DNA of 64,000 bases from Macrostomum lignano (taxonomy: Eukaryota): positions 205,411 to 269,410 of the forward strand of contig NIVC01001549.1 in the NCBI GenBank assembly GCA_002269645.1, in the 5' to 3' direction. The stretch's first letter is position 1. Each line of letters starts with the position of its first letter. Under the pieces are notes generated by a model that was not told the origin of the DNA, ran no database searches, and saw only the letters and a program-made list of their open reading frames with translations. Made by a program: the position numbers and the translations under genes. Below, piece by piece: positions 54,593 through 64,000 of this stretch.

Positions 54593-56379
54593 ATTGCCTT
54601 TTCCTAACGATTTCTAACAATTTGAAGGCAGCCTCCTAGCAGTGTTGATAGACTTAATAGTTGGTTAATGGTCTTACTCTTAGCAAGAACTAATTAAAAC
54701 AAAAAGCCAAAATATAAGTCAAAGTGCTTAACTTCCTCTCCCTCTAACCAACTCATCCTTTTGGGCCATAGACATTCTTAATAAGCATCAGAGCTACATT
54801 GGACACTATAGTCCAGAAAACTATGAATACACACTATAGCCAAATAAAATCTCCCATAATTTTTTTTTGGTATGCCACTATAGGCCTATGCCAAACTTTT
54901 TCCAACTCAAAATTGTAATCCCAGAAAAAACAAGCCTCATTACAAGCCTTGTTTCTGGTGTTACAATGTACCAATTGACCTTTTTTTGCTCTTTTGTTTC
55001 ACTTTTTTGGTTTTTTGCTGATAGGCCTACTCTTTGTAGCAAAACATCAATACATGCCAAGATTTCTTTCATTCTTTCAAAATAATTACTTTCCATTTTT
55101 ATTTACTATTTTTTAAATTTGATTCCGTGGCAGTATGCCACTTTTTCACTATTCATTTTTATATACCAGTGTAGCCAAATAAAATGCCAGATTTAAAAAA
55201 AAATTGTACACTAAGTGTATACCAAAAGCTATGAGTCTGGATTGCAAAGCCCCTCTTCTAGACTATGGATTAGACAACATGTGTGGGATTTTTATCTTTT
55301 TAAAAAATATGTACTTTTTATTTTGCAATTTAGTCTGAAGTGTACTTTTCAGTTAGCCAACTCTCTTTGTCTACCACACTCTTCCCTATTAACAATCCTA
55401 ACCATAAATTTACCACAGATATTTCAGCTAGGCCCTAACCTATTTGCTAGGCCTATGTTAGTATAAATATAAGTTTAATTCACAGCCTAGGCCTTTCACT
55501 TCTTTTTGCCCTAGGCAGTTGTTATTTGTCTAGTGACCGTGACCAGACGTCGGATGAATAGCGATGTGGTTATTTGTCTGGTTACTAGATAATGGCCATG
55601 CTTTCTCCAAGGACCACTAGGCCTAGAAGACTTCTAGTGGTCCTTGGCTTTCCCATTTATCTAGTTAATACCAGATGAATAGGATTTTTGTTATTTGACT
55701 AGTTAAATTGATAATGCTAGTTGAAAATATCTATTTTATTGGAACTATAAAGGTAAATATTCCTAGACTTCAAAGACTTCTTACTCGTATCTTGATTATT
55801 ATGTTGTTACACTAATTGTCTAATGTATATCATTGTCTTTTATACCAAATTATGCTAAATTGAATACACTGCTTTTTTATACGTATACCTTAGTCGGGAA
55901 GGTAGCATAGTGTGTGCCAGAACTATTTTGATGGCTTTTGACCACTGTGCGCCATGCGCCGTGAAGAAAATATTTTGTGCGCCGCAGCACGCCATGATAA
56001 GGTAAGTCTAAGCCAAGGTAAGGTAAGGTAAGGTAAGGTAATTAATAATTCACTGGTAAACAAATTTGAATTTATGGTAGACAAATTTGAATTTCATTTA
56101 CGTATTTTACAAGCTGTTGAAACCCGCGGATTTTGAACCCGGGGAATTTCAATCCCTGGAACTATTTTTGCATGTACTCGTATTCTAAAATCTGAGGTCA
56201 AACTCAAACAAAAACTCGTTAATATATAGTTAGGTTAGAATTAAACATAAAATAGAGTACATTCGTGAAAAATTAGGATTTGAGGCAAACATTTATATTG
56301 TTGGCTGGGGTGCTGCGAACAGGCAAACTCTGGCCTCTGCCTCTCCTTATGTCCCTTGGATCCTTAAAAACTTCGACCT

Positions 56380-57448
56380 TCTCTTCTGTTTCCTCTCCTC
56401 TCTCTCGTCTCTGTCTCTTCTCTCTCTCCTCTATCCCCTATTCTCTCGTCTATTCTCTCTCCCTTCTATTCTTTTATCCCTCCTCTCCTCCCTCCTCTCT
56501 ACTCTCTACTCTCTCCTCTCTCTCCTCTCATCTCTTCTCTTCTTTCCGCTCTCCTCTCTCCTCTCTTTTATCGTCTCTTCCCTCACCTCTCTTCTCTCTC
56601 GTCTTTGCTCTCTTATCTATCTCTTCTTTCTCCTCTTTTATCTTTTCTCTCTTCTCATTCTTTCTGCATGTTTTCTCCTCTCTCTTTCCCTCTCTCTCTC
56701 TCCTCTCTCTCCCTCTCTCTCCTCTTATCTCTCTGCTCTCTCCTGTCCTATATCTCTTTCTCCTCTAATCTCTCCCCTGTTTCCTCTCGTCTCTCGTCCT
56801 TTCTCCTCTTTCCCCTGTCTTCTTGGTTCTCTCCCCTCCCCTCCTCTCTCCTCACTCACTTCTCTCTCCCTTTGTCTCACCTCTCATCTCTTATTTCTAT
56901 CCTTTTTCTCCCCCTCTCCCATCTCTTATCTGTTCACTCTTGTCTCTGGTCTGTCATCTCTCCTCTCTCATCTGCCATCTTTACTCTCTTATACTCGTAT
57001 GTTCTCTCACCTCTCTTATCTGTACTCTTCGATCTTTCCCCTCTTTTGACTCCTCTCTTTCCTTTCTCCTTTTTCCCTTCTTTTCTCTTCCCTCTTCTAT
57101 TCTCTCCCTCTCTTGTCTTCTCTCTTCTCTCTTCACTCTCCTCTCTCCTCTCATATATCGCGTTCACTCTCATCTTTGCTCTCTACCCCCACTCTCTTCT
57201 GTCATCTTTACTCTCCACTCTCCTGTGTACTCTTCTCTTTCCCCTCTACTGAATCCTCTCTTCTTACTCCTCTTCTCTTCCCTCTTCTATACTCTCTCCC
57301 CTCTATTCTCTTCTCTTGTCTCTTTGCACTCTGCCCTCTCTTCCTTCATCTCTCATCTCTACTCTCTCATCTCCACAATCTCATCTCTTTCCTCTCTCCT
57401 CTTCTTCCCTTTACTTTATCATCTCTCCTTTCTCCTCTCTTCTTTCTC

Positions 57449-57494
<46 letters not shown>

Positions 57495-57825
57495 TCTTAT
57501 TTCCTCTCTTCTCACTCCTCTCTCCCTCTCTCTCCCTTCCTATCTCCTCTCTGTTCTCTATTCTCTATTCTCTTCTCACTCTTCTCTACTCTCCTCTCTC
57601 ATCGATCCTCTGTCTCATCTCTCCCCTCTTCCTCTTCTTACCTCTACTCTTTCCTCTCCCTCCTGTCTCCCCTCCTCTCGCTTCCTCCTCCCATATTCTC
57701 TGCTCTCTCCTCGTTCTCACCCCACTCGTCTCTCCTGTTATCTTATCTTTTCTCTTACCCCCCTCTCGCCCTTCCTCTCTTTCTAATAGTATATTCCTTT
57801 TCTTTTTCACTCTCATCTGGCCAGC
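56380..57825. repeat. CT-rich polypyrimidine low-complexity tract
   Basis: Direct reading; source of the Ser/Leu-rich pseudo-ORFs. Confidence 0.9.
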
Positions 57826-58539
57826 AGCCATGTGCCCATGACTCCATGAGCTGGATTCTTTATCTGGCCTTTGAGTTAAAAATCTACCGATCCCTGCTTC
57901 GAAAGCCAGTTTGTGGGATGTAGTACTATCATGGTTATCATTTCTCATGCTTTAATCACGTCACCTTTCTGGCCAATTAGCAGCCCTGAGAGGAATTTGT
58001 GTATCTCCAGCTCCACCACCACAGTCTGCACTCTGCAGCAGTCTAACAACCAAGAAAATACGCATTTCTTAGGAGTCATTTAAATTTTAAAGTTACCCTA
58101 TGCGAAACTTTATGTTAAAAGCTTCATGGTGTAACTAATTTAGTAGGATTGCATTGTAATAAGTTATTCATTAATTTTTCGCTATTTTTACAAACCATCC
58201 CGCATCGCCTTGATTTGCCTGTTTGCCATCCACTGTTAAACTGCTGCAGACTTGTCTATACAGAGTACAGTGGATTGAATCTCTCGCTGAAACTGTCTCT
58301 CCTCTCCACGCCTCTCCACTTGCGGGGGTGCAGAGAAGGCTATTAAAAGTTATTCCAAAACACTGTACGTTGCCATGTACATTCAGCCCTATCGCCTAAC
58401 CCTTCGTCTGGGCTGGGGGAATGAGTGAGTGAGTGGCACAAACAACAGAAAAAGCAGACAAACTTCACATGCTTACAGTTTCCGCCCTGATTGAGATACA
58501 GAGTTGAGACTTTACATGTAGGCAGAGAATGAGTCAATA

Positions 58540-59051
58540 AAGAATTGTGTCAAATTTGAAGTCAATCGCTTCACGTGGAGCAAAACTATGGCAGCCGAAA
58601 GTTAGGCATTTTAAAACCTATTCACACCCTTTGCCCAGATCGGGAAAGAGAGGCAGGCGGGCAGAGGTTGGGGTGGCTGCTCACTGAAAAAAAACAGCCT
58701 AACTTTAAAAGTGCACAGCGGCTTTCAGGATTAACTTTGAGATTTGAAATTTTACACAATTGTGTCAAAATAGTTGAAAATTGCCTGTGTCAAATTTGAA
58801 GAGAATTGGTAGAAGTGGAGCGGCGCTATGGAGGATTAAGTAAAAAAATCGCGCATTTTGAGCAGTTTTTTGTACTTTTATCTAGGAAGACTTGAGTCTA
58901 GGAAATTTTAAGGTAGCCTAAGACATTCTCCGTAGTAAGTTTAGGATGGGTGTAAAGTTTGGTGTCATTTGGTTGAGTGGTTTGGGAGTCCATAGCGATC
59001 AAAATTGTCCACACACAGACACACAGAGTTTTGATTTTTATAGTTAGAGAT
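58540..59051 (+). mobile_element. Possible Lep1/Helitron-like non-autonomous element end
   Basis: Repeated TGTGTCAAATTTGAAG motif and terminus ..GTGTAAAGTTTGG..CACACACAGACACACAGAGTTTTGATTTTTATAGTTAGAGAT, which resembles Lep1-type ends. Resemblance recalled from memory only. Confidence 0.35.
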
Positions 59052-59314
59052 ATAGTGATTTATGTAATTTTAGTACTCTTTGATAGCATAACATTTTATT
59101 TTACGAATTATGGAATTAGGCCTGACACTATATATTTTGCAAAGTATAGGCCCCCTAACAAAGTGTAACTATATATTTTTTCAGCGCCATGCACCATGTG
59201 CGCTGCCAGAGCATTTCCAATTTTTCCTTGTACCCCGTGTGCACCATGTGTGCCAAAAAAGGGCCAATTTGTGCTGGAAAATTCACCAAAAACTGCCACC
59301 TTCCCAGCTATGGT

Positions 59315-59506
59315 CAGTGGCGCAACCAGGGGGGGGCGGGGGGGGGGGGGGCGGTTGCCCCCCTTAGGCGGGGGACCAAAAAAAAATCAAAGGGGAGACC
59401 AAGCAAATTTTTGCTAAAAACAGAGCCACCCGTCCGCCGCCCCCCCCCTCCTAGGACTTTACCCTCAGAATCCGCCCCCCTTTAAAAATTTCTGGTTGCG
59501 CTACTG
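59315..59506. mobile_element. 192-bp hAT-type MITE
   Basis: TIR CAGT(G/A)GCGCAACCAG (15 bp, 1 mismatch); 8-bp TSD GCTATGGT at 59307-59314 and 59507-59514. Confidence 0.85.
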
Positions 59507-61089
59507 GCTATGGTATGTATACTAATATATAATAAAATATTAATCAATATACATGATTTATGAAAAGGTCTTAAAAATCTAGAATATTCATCACGAAATA
59601 AATAGCAATTTATACAGTTAGCAATTTAACTGGACAAATAGTAAAAATGCTATTTGTCTAGTCACCAGATAAATAACAACTGCCTTTGCCCTACTGGCTA
59701 CTCTAAAGATAGAAAAAATGCTTCAAAAAACAGTTTTATTGTTTTAATACCTTGGAATATTTCCAAACATGCTAAAATCAGCTTCTCAAGTGGAGAAAGT
59801 GTGAAAAAACATTGAAAAAATAGTTTAACAAACAATTTAAGAGAAGAATGCCAATACCAAATAAGTGATTCAGCATTCAGCAGGAACTTCATGCATCAAT
59901 CGATCAATGAAGAAGAATATTGTCAAGTTCTAATCTAGAGGACAACATTTTTAGGCCATAGTCTAAAGCTATACGTATAAAGCTTCTAATGGGCCAAGGC
60001 CTAGCCTAGCTGGGAGCCTGGGGCTAGCCCTAGGCTACCTAGCTCACTAGCTGTAATTTGAACAGGCCTAAGATATAATAGGACTTAGCGAAGTTAGCGA
60101 CTCAACTTCGAAGATTTCGGATCCTGAGAACTCCAAGTGAATGTCTCTAATAAAGCTTTAAGTAATGTCTTAAGAAAAGTAGTGTTATTTATTCTTCGAT
60201 ATGACCCGACCCCGCCGACCTGTTACGCCTTTAGTAGGCCACCTCATATAACAACAAAAAACGTGTTGAATCTAGTTCAAACTTGTGCTAAAACTTATTT
60301 TTTAAACAAATATTGTTTTTTAAAACTTTTTTGTTTTTCAATTTTGGTTTACTTTTGATTTTAAAAACTAAAAAAAACTTATAAATATATAAAATTTGCA
60401 GGCATCCAAAACTTGTTCATGATTTTTAATAAAGAATTTGAATTTAATAAAATTTTAAAGAACTGGGAAGGCCCGGCCGGTCCTGACGACGGGTACTAAC
60501 TACTGAATTCACCGGCACTTGGGTTCACCGGATTTTTAACTTTATTTTTAAGGCTTAAAAATATACATAATCGATAGCGCAAGTAAAACTAGAGATGCGC
60601 CTAGATTTTTGGCTCTGCGCGTTGCCCCTGGACATCAGGAGGGCGATTTTTGTTATTTTTTGGGGGGTGAAACCGGCGGTGAACCCAATAAATCCTTCCA
60701 GAGAGCTGAAAACCTGTCATGCAATATTTCAAAGCAAAATATAGGCAGATTTCGACGTGCGCATAAAATTTCAGCGTTGCGCGTTGCTCCTGAACTGCAG
60801 GAGAACGTTTTTTTGTTAAATTCCGGTGTTGAATGACTGCCGCTGAACTCCGCGTGAACGAAATTAAGTGCGTTTCCCGAGTCCTTTTTTAGGGATACTG
60901 TTTCTTTCCAAGTTAAAGAGACGAATCTGCTTCATACCAACGTCTTAATCGCTAAAATCACAGTAACACAATAAATTCGGTACCACTTTCCCTTTTTACT
61001 CGCGTTTATTAACGATGCGTACACTGTTTTCGAAGCGCAAGGTCCTCTACCTGCGAATGCTGCTTTTTGTCGGCGTTTGAGTTGAGTTG

Positions 61090-61385
61090 ATGTTCAAGAA
61101 GCGACAGCTCTAGGACCAGATGGACAAGATGTCTATGCCACGTTTCCTACTGCGGAAGTGAAAAAGTACGAGGATTTGATCAAGAAGTTTGATGTCTACT
61201 GCCAGCCTCTCTCCAACGAGACATTTGAAAGCTATCAGCTGCGCACCAGAATGCAAGGAGAAGCGGAGGACTTCGACCAGTTCATGGGTTCTCTACGCCA
61301 GCTCGTGAAGCGCTGCAACTACAGCAAACCTGACAACGACGAGATCAAGAACAGCATCTTCGATATCTTCGATAGCTTACAGCCT
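61090..61385 (+). mobile_element. Ty3/Gypsy gag remnant
   Basis: YEDLIKKFDVYCQPLSNETFESYQLRTRMQGEAEDFDQFMGSLRQLVKRCNY matches the Gypsy gag pattern (F..Y..P..N..FER..F..R.Q..GE..D.F...LR.L...C.Y). Confidence 0.7.
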
Positions 61386-62739
61386 GTCCTTCTGGCTGTT
61401 GGGGTGAAGCGCGAGAAGCGCGGGCCCGCTCACGATACGCCCGAAGGTTCTTGGCCTGGTCCAGCGCGCGCTGGATCAGGCCGGACCTCCGGGTGCTCCT
61501 GGCGGGTCTGCGATTGCGATTTCCGGTTTCAGCAGCGCGAACTGCCCTACCAGGCATAGGATCGGCCGTTTGCCTCGGCTTCTTTGCCGGAGGAGCCTAG
61601 GCCCCAGTTCCGGTTTCGGAAGCCTTGGCATTCTTGGCTTCATCAGCTTTCCGCTCCTCGCAACGGAGGATGGTCAGCTGAGTCAGACCAAAGAGCCTCT
61701 TCACGGCAATCGATTCTCGAACAGAATCGGTTCGGATTTCCAAGAAAAAAAGCAGTATAACTATTTAACTTTGTTGAATGTTTGACTGCCTTAACAGCCT
61801 CAATTCGCACTATTTTTCACTTTCTTCTTGGCTATTGCCATTTAATAATCACAATTTTAAAGCACTAATATCCTCTAGTTTAGGAGACAAAAAGTTATAC
61901 TTTACAAATTGGTTCTGGTTCTAGAACCAGAACAAGCAATATGAAGAGCCTTCAATATGGATTGTGGACTTAGGCCGGCAAGTGCTCAGCCAGTCATTAG
62001 AGAGCCCTAGGATCACCGTAGCCCCCTTCTCCTTGCGGGAAGTGGCGTGTGTAGGAGCCCGTTGACCTCAAGTCAGGGTGCAGCTTTAGCAATATTTGCC
62101 TAAGCTGATCTCCGGACTTAATGGCACTGCCGGCCGGGATCCAGACGCGAAAGCGCTGGCGAAGACGAGCTTGCCGAGCTTCTTGGGCCAGTTCAGCTTT
62201 GGCAGAAGCTCGCGTAGACTGCGGCTGCTCTCCTCCGAGCTGCACCAGATGAAGATGCAGCCGTCGTCTTGGCGGACTTGACCACGCTCACAGGGCGGCC
62301 CGCCAGGAGCTGGTCGATGAGCGCGCAGCATCGATGGTGCGCCAGGCACTGTCGAGCTCGTCGGCCGTGAGGTCTTGCTCTTCCCGAAGACGATGACCGC
62401 CGGTTGGAGCTTGACCTTTGAGGCGTAATTAGTGCGCGCGGTTTCCCAGCCTCACCAGCGGGGGTTGTATCCTTGGGGCAGGGTTGCTGTGGCTCCTTTC
62501 GGGCCAACAGCAGCCTCGTCCTCCCTAGGTTCCCCCTCCGCCGGTAGTCGGCCCGCAGTCGCCGTCGCCGCTCGTTGCGGCGTTGGTTGCGGCGCGCGTC
62601 GGGCTTCAGCGGAGGGCCGGTTGCGCGTGCGGGCATGTCACGGCCGAGCCGGCGGCAAGCCCATCTGCCCCCAGTGGCGGCGGCGCTCGTGCCAGAGTCA
62701 CCGGCCGGAGTTGCCGGGCCCGGCTTCAGCGGGGTTGAA

Positions 62740-63365
62740 AGAGGCGGATGACGCCATAGCTGAAAGCGGGAAGGATGAGATGAGGCACGGTGCTGATGAG
62801 ATGAGACGCTTCGCTTCGCTGAAGGCCATCTCGCATTTTGCGTCCCAGTTCCATGGCGTGTCCTTGCGCAGGAGCGCTGTTAGCGGCTCGGCGACGTGAG
62901 ACAGGTTCTTGATGTAGAACTGGAGAACTTTGCAAAGCCAAGGAATGAGGCTAACTTTGCCGTATTGGTGGGTGCCTTAAGTCCCGATACGGACTCGGTG
63001 TGCGACTGGAGAGGTTGAAATTCCCGCTGCGCTGACGCGGTGTCCAACGAACTCGATCTCCGACGCCTTGAAGGTTGCACTTTCTTGAGGTTGACGGTAC
63101 TCGATGCTGCAGCAGCTTGTCCAGTACCTGAAGTACGCGACTTTCGTGCTCAGCTTCAGTACCGGCGTGAACGGCGATGTCGTCTTGATAGTGAACGACG
63201 CCTCTGATGCCTTGGAGGATCTTGCGACGAGCTTCTGGAAGCGCCGCCGGATCGCAGCTGATGCCGAACGGCATGCGTCTGAAACGGTAGAGGCCGAATT
63301 CGGTGTAGAAGCAGGTCAGATTCTTTGGCGTCATCGTGCAGAGGCAGCTGTAGATACGACTGGTT
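62740..63365 (-). pseudogene. Ty3/Gypsy pol remnant (RT and connection region), frameshifted
   Basis: GLYRFRRMPFGIS..VVHYQDDIAVH, then after frameshifts KAPTNTAKLASFLG and AEPLTALLRKDTPWNW..AFSEAKRLISSAPCL. Confidence 0.8.
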
Positions 63366-63686
63366 GAGGTTGATTCGCGTGAGAAAAACTTCGAATTGTA
63401 AACCTCAAATATATTACTAATTAAAAATTTTAAAACACGTTTCCATTTCTTTTGAATTAGAATAGCAGGTATGTTCAGAGCTAAAATAATTCTGGTTTAA
63501 CAATTTTATGCCTTACTTTATTTCATTTACAACTCTCGCTGCACTACTCATAGTTAAAGTAGTAAAGATGTATCAATGTTGTTGCAACAACATTGCCAAT
63601 TTTGACAATGGCACGACAAAAAATTTCTTGTGACAACATTGATGTCAACATATCAGCAACACGAGGAATATCCGTAAAAAGGAATA

Positions 63687-64000
63687 CATTCTGTCAGTCT
63701 TCAGTTTCTAGATAGCCCAATAACAGGCTAAACTGATGGAAACACAAAAACACAATTTATTGTGCGTACTGTGCTTCTGGCATAAAGCTACTCCTAATGA
63801 GCATATTGGTCTCTTTAACTTAGAAAGAAGCAATATCCCGGAGAAAGAAATGCATTCTGTCAGTCTTCAGTTTCTAGATAGCCCAATAACAGCGCTAAAC
63901 TGATGGAAACACAAAAAACACAATTTATTGTGCGTACTGTGCTTCTGGGCATAAAGCTACTCCTAATGAGCATATTGGTCTCTTTAACTTAGAAAGAAGC
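63687..64000. repeat. Tandem direct duplication with a period of about 166 bp, running off the window end
   Basis: cattctgtcagtcttcagtttctagatagccc..ttagaaagaagc starts at 63687 and again at 63853. Confidence 0.85.

Larger units (their letters stand above)
47950..55500. other. AT-rich, strongly CpG-depleted decayed-repeat block hosting younger insertions
   Basis: About 7 CpG counted by eye in 47950-51900; no long ORFs. Confidence 0.6.
55514..59684. mobile_element. About 4.17-kb non-autonomous Mutator-like (MULE) element with 9-bp TSD
   Basis: TIR GGCAGTTGTTATTT(G/A)TCT(A/G)GTGAC at both ends (24 bp, 2 mismatches); TSD TTTGCCCTA at 55505-55513 and 59685-59693; no transposase ORF. Confidence 0.8.

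Noticed and set aside
56280-57948. Ser/Leu-rich ORFs that look like membrane proteins
   Set aside because: They derive from the CT-rich low-complexity tract and are open in all three frames.

Overview
Eukaryotic (animal) genomic DNA with GT-AG introns, many intronic tandem repeats and nested transposon remnants. Overall style suggests a free-living flatworm such as Macrostomum (inference only). Genes: a disordered orphan ORF (158-1834, -); a three-exon gene, rebuilt by hand with phase-matched splice sites, fusing about 17 ankyrin repeats to a Mab-21/cGAS-like nucleotidyltransferase (2479-7337, -) with one in-frame TAA in ankyrin repeat 15; an intronless DAPK1-like ANK-ROC-COR-death-domain ORF with no visible kinase domain (9889-13227, -); an 8-exon turtle/IGSF9-like receptor with 5 Ig, 2 FN3 and a TM helix (20187-40009, +) whose introns carry different minisatellites; a 3-Tudor protein (42684-44700, +); and an RluA-family pseudouridine synthase, RPUSD4-like (46686-47807, -). 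From 48 to 64 kb the window is a TE graveyard: a CpG-eroded block, a 5'-inverted (twin-primed) LINE with an 11-bp TSD, a 786-bp TIR element (4-bp TSD), a 4.2-kb Mutator-like element (9-bp TSD) with a nested hAT MITE (8-bp TSD), and Gypsy gag/pol fragments. The most interesting candidate system is the ankyrin-cGLR fusion, whose internal stop may act as a switch, lying next to a kinase-less DAPK/ROCO death-domain gene. No database searches were run; family calls rest on motifs read by eye.
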